NCBI GenBank assembly: GCA_964016885.1
Contig: OZ024753.1
Span: 992,001-1,056,000 of the forward strand
Direction: 5' to 3'
Source: Eledone cirrhosa
Taxonomy: Eukaryota
DNA: 64,000 nt
Under the pieces are notes generated by a model. It had not been told where the DNA came from. It searched no databases and saw only the letters and a program-made list of their open reading frames with translations. The position numbers and the translations under genes were made by a program. Below, in pieces: positions 26,191-39,200 of the stretch. Each line of letters starts with the position of its first letter. Positions within the stretch are counted from its first letter, which is position 1.

Positions 26191-27904
26191 TCATCTCTGT
26201 ATAATGATAAAATCCATTAGTTGTTTTGAATGGGGATACATTTGTGTCGTGTAGTTTTGTGTATGTTATTTTCGTAGAAAATAATATCATTTCTTATTAA
26301 AATCTTCCAACATAATTTTTTATAAGAACCATATCTTAGTAATGAAATATTCCATGATTTTATTAACCCTTTAGCATTTACATTACTCTATATTTACTAC
26401 TACATTTTCACGGTAAACACTTTACTTCACATAATTATCTCACATATATGGAATCTATGAGATTTTGGTATTATTTATTTTGAGAACAATACCTTAATAT
26501 CAGTATAAGTGGCCAGTTACATACAGCTGGTTTGAACAGAAAGAGGTGAGAGAATCCTGGCCGGATATGCCCGTTTAAAATGCTAAAGGGTTAAATCCTT
26601 CATAATTCTTTATTAATTAATTAAAATAGAGTGTATTTCCTTAGAAACACGATCCAACCAAGGGTCAAAAGATGCCAAATTAGTTTAGTTCAACTCTGCG
26701 AACAAAAAAACAAAAATAAAATGCCAATATGTTTTATGGATGACTGAATCTTCATTTGTTTAATAGAGATCACAAATAGAGCTCACAAACAGTGTAATGT
26801 TTATGGACGGTATCAGCTATGAACAGGGAAGTTAAAACATTAATCTATATACAGATGAGGGAGGGGTTTAGGATTAGTTGGTGGCTAGACAGCTGTTCTC
26901 CCAATCAACAGTAGTTGTCGTAACTGAGGTGATGAGTTAACTCAGTTAAAATCTGTACCGAACTCATCTCATATTAGTTATTTTATCAGCTGTAAATTGG
27001 TTATGTCATTAGAGCACTTGATTAAAACCTTCTGGTATTTGAAATATGGCTGTTCCAATACAAATGATAATAGTTAATCACTACAAATATGTTGAAAAAA
27101 TTGGGTATGGTACCCCTGAAGACAGAAAGAAATGGAGAGAGGTGCCTGTGTTCAACTTTTTTTTGCCTCCAGGGGAATTTTAAGCAATTTTCTCAACTCG
27201 TACTTGTAGTGATCGACTGCTTTCAATGCCCATGTTTTGTTACCATGTCATAGGCATCATACAGTCTACCATTTGAACATCAATCAACTCTATCTCACCA
27301 GTCTGTCAGAACCTGAAAAGATCAAGGGTGCTGCCTCTACATAATTTTAAATCTTAGTTATGTTAGCATTTGTTTCCTGGGTTTTCGAAGACAGCTTCTG
27401 GTGTGGCACCATCTTAACTACTAATGTCCTTACCACATGAGACCGCATTAACAAGACATTATTTTTAAAAAGTTCAAAACAGTACTATGACTACATCATA
27501 AAAAATTGAAGCCTTTTCCCTAATATTGTAAAATTTCCTACCAATCTGTCCTTTAGTAAAGATACTATAAACATTTGAATTAACAGACCTGTTTTCATAT
27601 TTTTTCTGCTAAAACATTACGGGTTGTTAAGAGTTAAACATGAACCCATTACATTTGTCCTAACATACAATGTTCCTTACAGTTTTATTGCCTTCTTTGC
27701 TGTGTACCACCTCTCCGTCTTTTGTTATTGTTGTATAGCCTCAGGTTTCAGCCAGCAGAGTTGTGATCAAAGGTGTCCCAACCATGACCATCCTACCTTT
27801 TCTTCAGGTATAACATATCTAAGATTACATTCTCCAATGTTTATTGCGATGATGGAATGTCAGTTTCTCTCATCATCATCTACCGTCCATTTTCTCTGCT
27901 AGTA

Positions 27905-28162
27905 AGGGCTGGACAGATGGTCACAGATTAAGTTAGTACTGAAGTGGAGCTACTAACTTCTCAAATGGGCCAGACTGAGTACTGAGGTAGAGCTACTAAT
28001 GAGGGCTGGACAGGTGGTCACAGATTAAGTTAGTACTGAAGTGGAGCTATTAACCTTTCAAATGGGCCATACTGAGTTAGTACTGAAGTGGAGCTACTAA
28101 CCTTTCAAATGGGTCATACTGAGTTAGTACTGAAGTGGAGCTACTAACCTTTCAAATGGGCC
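27905..28162. repeat. Irregular ~47-bp tandem repeat
   Basis: Recurrent agttagtactgaagtggagctactaacctttcaaatggg. Confidence 0.85.
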
Positions 28163-28629
28163 TGGAACCTGCATGTTGCTTATCCTAAGTGCTCCATATT
28201 ATACACTGTTAATGAAAATTAGATAAGAATAAAAATGTGGGGAACCTTCATATTGTCACTCAATCTACAAGAAATAGTAGTCACATCACCCTTATGTTAC
28301 TCTATACCTAAGAGCTTAACTCTTTTATTACCATATTTCTTATGTAAAACACTGTCCACTACTTTCAAATTATTTTTTAAATGCTCAACAATTTAGAAAT
28401 AGTTAGTAATATTACTAACTATCTCATTATTGTACTGTTGTACTGGTGTTTGCAACATAACTTAACAGTTTTTACATAGAATTTAGGATGGAAGTTTTTA
28501 GATAAATATAAACACTTTAAAACAATTGGTCATGATAGAACCAGGTGAAGTTTCAGACGATTTTGTATGATAGGGCCAGGGAAGTTTGAAACGGTTTTGT
28601 ATCATCATCATCATCCAGTTCTTGATTAT

Positions 28630-28830
28630 GCAAGACACAATTAATCCCTAAGTAAGGGTGGTTCCTGCCTGACAGTATTCCTTAGCGTCCCGCTCCATGT
28701 ATTTCTGTCTGCTGGTTTCACTTGGGCCAGGCCAAGCCTAGCTTGATTCTGATGGGCAGCCTCTATCCAAGTCCTTTTTGGTCTTCCTGGGCCTCTACTG
28801 CCTCCTGGATTGACATTCATCACTTTGCTA
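28630..28830 (-). mobile_element. 3' end fragment of an RTE-type LINE ORF
   Basis: GGSRGPGRPKRTWIEAAHQNQARLGL...DRNTW matches the RTE C-terminal GRPxxxW..DR..W signature. Confidence 0.65.
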
Positions 28831-29273
28831 TCAAGGCAATAATGAGTCAGAATGAAAAATGAAAAAATCCAGATGATTATGGCCATGTCACCTTTGTAGA
28901 GTGGGATGGTTGCTTGATAAAGGTGCGGCTGGCACTTCTCTGTCTAAATGACAACGGCAATCTCAAACATCCCCAAAATGAGCCTCTGGAAGATTTTTGA
29001 GTCATGATAAAAGCTTGTACCTGGGTGGATTTATTTACTGTGACTAAATTTTCATCAGCTGACTGACAAGTGATATAAATATATCTCCCCCTCCCCACCG
29101 TGTATTGCCTGATATACTATGTACTGTAACTTCCATTTTATCCTTGTGATGTCATCATAGCTGATTGTTGCTATTGTTTCTGTCAGTCTTTAAGGCTCCC
29201 TCCCCCTCCCTCTTATACAGTTTTGTTCTTTTATTGATTACTCTACTTATTATATCTCCTGTCTTTTTCATTA

Positions 29274-29324
<51 letters not shown>

Positions 29325-29536
29325 ATTAGTCCTTCATCAGTGATCTTCCTGATGAAGGACTAATTTTATTCATATGTAACCCATTTGCAACCACGCAGCA
29401 CGCCACCTGTCATATATATATATATATATTATGTGTGTGTATATATATGTATATACATATGAGCAAGGCATGGTCAGCCGACCGGACACTGCCCACAGCT
29501 AACCCATGCTAGCATGGAAGAACGGACGTAAAATTA

Positions 29537-29571
<35 letters not shown>

Positions 29572-29624
29572 CTTCTCTACAGATAATTTCCTTACAAGTT
29601 AGTCTCAAAAGTATTGTATATATG

Positions 29625-29664
<40 letters not shown>

Positions 29665-32600
29665 CATGGTGTTCTAAAAATATATACACACTTCAATAGC
29701 ATTCTAATAGATATTGCCTGTACAGGTAATCGAAGTGTGTATACATTTTCGGGGGACACCCTGTATATATGTGTATATAAAGTCCACAGTTCAATGATTG
29801 CAAACAGTGAAGTTGTAAAAGAATAAATCAAACTATCATTTTTATAATCTATCATAGCTGAACCCAAAGTGGTCTCTGCAAACTAATTCTAAGGTTTAGT
29901 GAAATAATGTATAATTGTTTCTACTTTTTAGCACAAGGCCAGCAATTACCCAGTACATTACTGGTACTTTATTTTATCGACCCCGTAAGGATGAAAGGCA
30001 AAGTTGACCTCGGCGGGATTTGAACTCAGAATGGAAAGGGCCGTAACTCTATGCGTCAAAGCATGACGTCCGACCCTCTACCGATACTGCCAATCCACCA
30101 CCCGAGTCTATCAATAATGTATAATATGCTTTATGTGTGAAGATGCAGCACATAGTGGTTAAGGTGTTTGGCTATTGATCATACAGTCTTGAGTTTGTTC
30201 CCTGGTGGCACTTTGTGTCTCTGAGAAAAGTACTTTATTTCAGGATGCTCAAGTCCACTCAGCTATCAAAAATGATTTGTACCTGATATTTATAAGGTTA
30301 GTTTTGTCACATAGTGTCACACAGAATCTCCTATCAGAACCACGCTATTGGTATATGTGTTTGTGGAATGTTCAACCATTTGCAAGTTAATTTCATGAGC
30401 AGTCTCTAGTTCTATCATAAAAGCCTTATAATAAAATCTATAGAGAAGCATGTCAGATATTTATGTGTCTATATTTACACTGGTCTGTAAATGGCCTTTC
30501 TTACACTTTCAGTCTTTCCAATTTCACTCACATAGCTTGGGTTAACCCAGGACTATGGTAAAAGGAACTTGCCTTAGATTTTACATTGTGGGACCCAGAA
30601 TTTAATAATTATGAAGTGAACTTCTTAACTATTCAAACATCTGCATCCACATATGGTTGATAAAATAAGTACTAGACAAAATATATAATCAGCTAAAACC
30701 ATTGAATGCAGTGCCCCAGCTTGGCCACAGTCCTGTGAGTAAAACCAGTTAAAGAATAGAAATTTGTTGTCTCATGATTGTACCAGTTTAAGAGATTTAG
30801 AAGTTGTGACTGTTTGGGTCTTTATTCCCTTTTGATATTGTATTTTTAATGAAAGACCCAACTTATGTCTTTAGCCCTTTCATTACCATTTTTCTAATGA
30901 AAGACACTGCTTATATCTTTAACCCTTTCATTACCATATTTCTAATGAAAGACACCACCTATGTCTTTAACCCTTTTGTTAGACAATGTCTTTCATTAGA
31001 AATAGAGTATGTCTTTAACCCTTTCTTATTATTAAGCTGGTGTCTGGAGCATAACTTAACAAAGGTTCTTAAATAAAATTATGATGGACGTTTTTTTTAG
31101 ATAAATATAAACTCTTTAACAGTTTTTTTTAATCATAGAACCAGGGCCAGTTTTAGGTGGTTTGTGCTCAAAGACACAATGTGCTATCTGGTCCAGGAAT
31201 CAAACCCATGAACTTAGAATTGAGAGCCAAACACCCTAACCACTAGGCCATATACCTTCCTTGATACTCTATGTTTGAAAAATAGTCAGGGTGGTCACAA
31301 CTGGAACACCTTTGATCATAGGTCTGTTGGGGCAGGAATGATCTGGGGTTAAACACAAAGGAGCTTCTATTTGAACATACAACTTGCAAACATTTCCTAA
31401 AATGGCACCCCACTATTTTGAAAAAGGACATTGGATAATTTAGTTTTAAATACACTATGTAAAAATAAAAAAAATAAAAAATAGGATGGTCACAGCTGGA
31501 ACAGCATTGATTATAGACACGTTGCATAATGTAGTCATAGACACTCTATATGAAAAGTAAAAGATGGGATGGTGGTCGTAACTGGAATGCTTTTTCTCAT
31601 GTCTGTTAGATCCGTGGTGGGTTTCAGGCAGTTTGATAGCAAACTGGCTGAAACTGCCCCTCAGTTCTATGATACTAAGCTGTTTATTTTAAAAACTGTT
31701 CATCATAATGTTTTATAAGAAATTTTGTTAAGTTATACTTCAAACACCAATTTAACAATGATTTCTCATTTAGGAACAAGGCCAACAATTTTGGGGGAGG
31801 GAAAGTTGGAAGGATGAAAGGGAAAGTTAACCCCAGTGGGATTTGAACTCAGTATGTAAAGACTTGGAATGCTGCTAAGCATTTGCCTGTCCCTCTGATA
31901 ACCATGCCAATCCACACCTTCAAAATAGCAAAACCAATTTAATAATGAGAAAGTTAGTTATATTATAAATCCCTCTAAAATCACAAGCAGTGTATTTCAA
32001 TAGAAATATGGCAACAAAAAGGTTAAAACACTATTAAGGAAAATGAAAGCCTAGGTTTTATGTTTTAACGCTTTAGCATCATTTAAATCGGCCATATCCA
32101 GCCAGAATTCTCTCACCACCTTCTGTTCAAACCTGACATAACTGACCACCGCTCATACTTATATTAAGTAGAATAAATAATATCAAAATCTTATAGATTC
32201 GATATTATGTGAGGTAATTTACTGTGAAAATACAATAGTAAATATGAAGTGATGTAAATGCTAAAAGGTTAGATTACAATATCAAGTAGTCTTGTTGACA
32301 ATTTATGTAGAACAGATGTAGAAACAATATTGACATTAGCCAGATCCAACTTACCCAAGATCAAAGTCACCTTCCCACCACTGTGGCTATCCCATTTTAT
32401 TTAGAGCTATATACCACTTACATTAGTTAATGTAATCTTGGTTTATTATTCTACTATTAACATCCTGTAATGATTTAGCAGAAAATATCTAAAAACAGGT
32501 TTGTTAATGCAAAATGTTTATAGTATATTTACTAATGAACAGATTGTTAACAATTACAGAAAATTAAATTAAATTAAATTAAAGATTTTGTCAATAATTC

Positions 32601-34564
32601 CTAGTATTTTAGAATTATATTGAAATATCTGTTTTAGCATGTGATTTCAGATGAAGTCTTTTGTCAATCCTCTTTTATTGGTTCCAACTAGTTGGGTGTT
32701 ACTATACAAAATAAGAAAATGGTTGGTGTTAGGAAGGGCATTTGACTTGCCAAACAAGGGTTAAGAGGATCCTTCAGTTTGAGTCAAAAGACACAACTTC
32801 TCCTCTGCACTTGATAATGAAAGTATGTAAGTGGAATACAGACTGCTTTGGCCTGTCAGTAGTCCTGCTTCAGTACTGACTGCTCAACCCTTGCTAGCAG
32901 GGAAAGCAGATGTTAAATGATGATGATGAAGTTTACATGTTTGAGATGAGATGTTCTTAACACCCTGTAATAATTTAGCAGAATATGTCTAAAAATGGGG
33001 TCTGTTAATTCAAATATTTATCGAGTATTTAATTGTGAAAATTTGATTTGACTTCTATTTTCAATGTGATGCTAGGGTGAATTTACAGAATATTTGGCTA
33101 CTATTTCTAGCATAATGGCTTTATATGTTAGGGTATAGTGGTAGTAGGGTCATTGTTATCACTTTGTATATACTCATGTTAGTTTGTAATATATACTTGG
33201 CCATAATCATGATGATAGTGGTATTAGTAATTTGTTATTAGTCAGATCCTCATCAAAAACTAACTATACTGAGAGAATTATGTGTAAGATTAAGAGGGAT
33301 TAAGTTCAGCTTTTAGGAAGAAGTAATAAGTGTTTTGGCTAGTAAATTGAAAGGTCACATGTATGTAACCATTGACCTTTATTTGTAATTAATGGGGGGA
33401 GGGGTACTTTTTATTGTTCTTCTGAATTCAATTATAATGGAGTAAACACTACATGTATGGAACTAAAGCTGTTCTTCTGAAGTCAATTATAGTGTACAGT
33501 GCTGATTACAACACTACATGTATGGAACTAAGGCTGGTGACTGATTTTCAAATGTTTTTATTTTTTAAATATTCAGTTTGGTGCCCAAGCGCACAGATAG
33601 CCCACTGGGGGGTGAGAGACTGCTAGTTCTTGTTATGACATCATTCTAGGAGAAGGAAAACTCTTATGTAAAACTTGTGACTCAATGGCAGCTATTGATG
33701 TTGACCTGTTCTTCTTTTTGGATACCTGTCGCCATTGTTCAGATAGTGGGATTGGTCCAGAAGACTTTCTTCATTTAAAAAAGCTTTAAGCACAGATATT
33801 ACTTGATCTAAACGAGTTTCACTTGTTAAATGAGCATGGTCTTTTTTTCTTTCACTGGAGCATATGCAGAAAGGAATCTAAGTCCTTGGCAGGGTTAAAA
33901 AGTTCTGTTCATGTCACCCATGTATGAGAAAAGGGTCAAGAGATGGAAATTCTCAAAATCAAGAAGCAGCTAGTATATATATATATATATGCTCCCAGTA
34001 TATGCTGTAATATAGTTGATTTTATGAAGAGCATGCAGTTGTAGAAACCAAATCAGAAATGGGGCATATGAACAAGATGTGTCAACACCCTGCAGTGCAA
34101 TAACGTTGGTGATGATGATATGTGTGTATGTGTGTATTTTGTATATGTTTGTGTATATGTGAGTGTGAGTGTTTACTTCTTTCAATTTACTACTAGTTAA
34201 CCTTGTCCTCCCCACTCCTTCCCATTCTTCTTTCATTACTGCAGCTATTCCTATTCTACAGAGCAATAGAGCACAACATTGCTTTGCATACCATTAATGA
34301 GTCGCACACATTCTTTCATTTCTTGTCTGTCATCTGATAATTAAACAGCAAGTTTACTGTGGCATTTAAATCAGTAGCACCAGCAAAAAATGAAATTCCT
34401 AACTCAAAATAAATGAAATACCTACCTTAAAATAAAACATTAATTTTTACTAGTACTTTCTCATATCTACACATGTAATTTATCTATTTATCTATCTATA
34501 TCTCATCATTTTTACATCCATAATAGAAGAGACATTGTCTTGTACACTATATTTGATTCCACTT

Positions 34565-35757
34565 TGAAGAGTGGGCTGAAAGGTTCATAGGCTGACTATA
34601 AAGGATTGATGCTAGAGCTGTGGAATCTTGCACGCATTAATGTTAACTCTTCTTATTAATAACTGCATTGTTTCTTTCCAGGTAAACTGACATCTGACTG
34701 TTTAAAGAAGACTTCAAAAGTAACTAGTAGCGACTACTCTTGAAATTTGACAAACTGTGGCATTGTGGTGGTATCAAGTACCTGCGGGAAAAGTGTACAG
34801 CCCCAAAGGACATTTATGCTGACATAGTTGCTACGTTAAGGGATGGTGTTTCAGCTTTATCAACAGTGCAAAATTGGGCATCTAAATTTAGCAGGAGAAG
34901 GGAGAGTCTTGAAATGACCCAAGGTCTGAACGTCCTGCAACTGCCACCACCAAGGAAAACATTGATTGTGTTAACCACATTGTGATGGATGACAGGCAAT
35001 TAACTATAAATCAAGTAGCCAATGTTATTAGCATATTCCGTAATAGTGTTGAGAATATTTTGTACAATGAACTTGGCATGATGAAGGTTTCTGCTGAGTG
35101 CATGCCATGTCTTATGACACCTGATCAAAAGCACACCAGTCTGATGTCATCACGGAAAAATCTGACATTGTTTGAGGCAGATCCAGCTAGTTTCCTTGAA
35201 CATTTCCTAACCCAGGATGATGAGCTTTGAGCCAGAGTCAAAGAGACAATCTATGCAGTGGAAACAGCCGTCCTCGCCTGCTCCAAAGAAGGCCAAGTTT
35301 GTTTCAAAGTGATGGCCTCAGATTTTTGGGATGCAAAAGGCATTGTGTTTATTGACTATCTTCAAAAGGGTCACACCATCAACAGATGCCAATTTGCTGA
35401 GGCAATTATGAAAGGCTATCAAGACCAAACGCCAAGGAAAACTAACGAAAGGGGTCTTGTTTTATCAGGACAATGCTCCAGCGCACAAGTCATTGATTTC
35501 AATGGCTTCTGTTCCCTAACATGAAAAAAACACTTGACTGGGAACCAGTATCACAGTAATGATGACATCATATCTGTTGTTGATGACTTTTTTTACCAAT
35601 AGGATGAAAGCTTCTTCACTAATGGGATCCAAACACTACAACAGCGATGGAAGACATCTGTAGACTACAAGGGGGGCAATGTTGAAAAATAAACCTCATT
35701 TAGTCACATTCCATAAGAGTATCTTGGTCAGCGTATAAACTTTTCAGCCGTCTCTCA
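34565..35757 (+). mobile_element. Near full-length decayed mariner (irritans/Hsmar2-like)
   Basis: TIRs ggctgaaaggttcataggctgac / gtcagcgtataaacttttcagcc. Transposase fragments DDRQLTINQVA, KVMASDFWDAKGIVFIDYLQKGHTIN, QDNAP with stops and frameshifts. Confidence 0.88.
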
Positions 35758-35939
35758 TATACCCATTTTCTCTCATCATTCATACATCACACAACCATTG
35801 AAGCAAGCTTGCATCATTTCTCTCCATCCTTCACATATACTCTGCATTTACTGCCCATGTTTCACTCTCATTCAACATTGTACTTTGCATACAGGTATCA
35901 TACAGCCAGTTTTAAGTAATTTAGTATTTTGTATCTAGG

Positions 35940-36215
35940 TGAAGGCATGTGGCCTAGTGGTAAGGGTGTTGGACTTGCGATCATAATGTCATGAGTTTGA
36001 TTCCTGGGTTGGGTTGCATGTTGTGTTTTTGAGCAAAACACTTCATTTCACGCTGCTCCAGTATACTCAGCTGGAAATGAAGACCAGCAATAGCTGGGTG
36101 TTAACCCTGCGATGGACTGGCGACTTGTCCAGGAGTGAGTTGTGTACTCTGTCTCCTCACGCCATGGAAACCGGAATAAGTACAGGCTCAACATGCTGTT
36201 TGCAGCGCACCAGGG
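35940..36215 (+). mobile_element. tRNA-derived SINE
   Basis: gtggcctagtggtaag A-box, gagtttgattcc B-box, core aaccctgcgatggactggcg. Confidence 0.7.
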
Positions 36216-39200
36216 CATGCATGCATTTTGTATCTATTACTTTATTTTACTAAATATAACCCCTCCCACTCTCTGTATTGTAGCTTAATTATACACACAC
36301 ACACACACACACACAGATCAAAGTGGGATATGTACAAGAATATACTTGGGTTGTAGCAACAATTTTGTGTGTTTGTTTTGTTATAGTTAGTTGTTAGGTG
36401 ATATTGTCGAACCTTTATGTTTTATTTTACTGACAATAGAAGGTTGTGGTAGGGGAATAAAACAGTCAACCAACAAACAGCTTTACAGGAAACAAAAACA
36501 TATATTATGCTCGCTAATCATGTCTAAAATGGCAGGCAATCTCAAGAAGTTAATGCTGTTGGCCTTGACTATAGGTTTTTTTCAAACAATCTCACAAGTC
36601 AATAGTCATTTAGGCTGTTTAACATTATTTTTATTTCTTGTAACCTATACATAAAAGTGTGTTTCTATTTAGATAAAAAAAAGGTTATAAAAACTGACCC
36701 ACATTATATATTATATATATATTTAATGAAGAGAACAATTGAGGTTGCGCTTATATAACTAACATTGTATGGTGTTTAAATCAAAAGTACATAGACACTG
36801 TGGTGGTTGTTGTTATGGTTCATACCTGCATAGCCTTCCTCCTATAAGATTCCATCTCTTATGAGGCTTTTTGCATGGTTTAACTCTTTAGCATTTACAT
36901 TACTCTATATATACTATTGTATTTTCATGGTAAAGGTTTTACCTCACATAATATCAAATCTAGGAGATTTTGATATTATTTATTTTGAGAACAATACCTT
37001 AACATCAATATGATTGACAGGTTACCATCGGTTTGGACAGAAAGCGGTTAGAGAATTCTAACTGGGTACAGCCAGTTTAAATACGAAAGGGTTAATGGTT
37101 CTAGATAATGGTCTCTGCACTCCAGTGAGGAAAATATATATCCTGAAACCACCCTGGATTTATGACACAGGACTACTAATTTTATGCCTCTTTATTCTAA
37201 AGTCTAAGCCAATCCCTTTTTGTCCAACTTAATACAATAGTATATTTACACTAGTATATGCAAAACACAGCTAAACACACATGCAGGCGTACGCAATAAG
37301 CTTCTGCACATTTTACATCTACCAAATTCCATTGACAAGTATTGGTCATCTTTTCACGTTTAAGTTAAAAGACAAAGTGCTGTGCAGTGAGATTGAACTG
37401 TCAACTACATAGTTGCAAAGTGAACTTATTAATCACCCAACTCAATTATTGATTCCTTGTAACACATGTTTTTGCTCTTATTGACCATACACCTACTGTT
37501 TTATGATTGAAACATCAAATAAGAAAGCAACAAAATATATATTGGCTTTTACAAAGTTCTTGTTTGTTTTTTAACCTATATATGTGGTACACATTGATTT
37601 CATACTGGAGCACTAGGTCTCTTACTGATAGGAGGGGGAGGAGAAAAATCGTGATTGTGTGATGTTTATTGCTTTAAATTATTATTATTATTATTTAAAT
37701 TGCTATACTTAAAATGTTTATTAGTATGTAGTATCTTTGAGCAAAACACTTTATTTTACATTGCTCTAGTCTACACAACTAGAAAAAGTGAGTTGTATTT
37801 GTATTTCAAAGGACCAGTCTTGTCACACACTGGTTCATGCTGAATCTCCCTGAGAACTATGTTGATGTTGTATATGTCTGTAGAATGCTCAGCCACTTGT
37901 ATGTTGATGTCATGAATAGGCTGTTCCATTGTTTGAACAACTGGAACACTCATCTTAGAAACCAATGAATGTACAACAACAACAATAACAACAGTACCCA
38001 TTTTACAAAGTCTTTTCTTTTTGTTTTTAAGATGGTAGGATGTGATTTGAGAGAATCTGGCTGCTACCTCTAGCAGGTTGAGTGACCACTTAGATTCTCC
38101 TTCTGGGCAATGCCTATTGTCTTTTTAAGTCCTCCCAGACTGGCGAGATATAGTTGTATTAACGAAGTGGAATTACTGTATAATGGTTAAGAAATGTTAC
38201 TTTGCAATCATTAAGTCCATAATTTGATCCCAGTGTGTGACATCTTGCACAAGTGTCATTTACCATAGCCTTGAGTCAACCCATGTGTGAAATTGGGTTG
38301 ACAGAAACTGTTTGGTAGCTCATCAATTGGACTGTATCTGTTACTCAATGGGCCATCCTTCTCACACTGAATCTTCCTGAGAAGTATGTTATGGGTACAT
38401 GTGTCTGTGAAATACTCAGCCACTACTTACATGTTAATTTCATGAGCAGGCTGTTCTGTTTATTGAATGACTGTAACACTCACCATTGGTACTAACACCA
38501 GTTCATTCCAAACTAATGAAATAGAATTATATAAACTTAGCTGTGCTGAAGCTGACTGCTATTCTGTTGATCTTGTCTGCTTTGTAGCCTATATAATTGC
38601 AATTTGTTAGCATTATCATAAAAGAAATCATATGTAATTTATGCAGCTATGCTAATTACCTTAGAGCAATCTAGAAAGGTATTTTTATGTTAAATAGAAT
38701 AACCTGTTCAAGTGTAAAATGAAATTGTAGCTGATATAATGCTCTGTAATATTGTTATTATATATATATATATATATATCATCATCATCATCTTCGTTTA
38801 ACATCCATCTTCCACGCTAGCATGGGTTAGACGGTAAGTATATTTATTAAAATAACAGATTAAAGTTTAAGCAAAGAATCGCTGCTTTCACCCATAACGG
38901 GATCTTATATATATATATATATCATTTTATGTTTTCTGACTTGAGATGGGTGGGTTGTCATGGTCCTAACCTAGATGGATCAAAAGGACCTCAAATTGCT
39001 CATAGATTTCATATTTCGCATAATTTCTATGGCTTGATACCTTTTTTTAATACTAATCACCATATGTAGTGTACTTGGTGTGTTTTATTGAGGCACCAAC
39101 ACTACCACTTTATTGAGTGGCTTGGGTGCATTTTATTGTGGCACCAACACAAGAGGTTGTCGTGTGCTTAGCCAGATTGGAAAGGTCTCTGTTCGATTGC

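Noticed and set aside
35940-36010. tRNA gene
   Set aside because: The A/B boxes belong to a SINE head; there is no intact cloverleaf.
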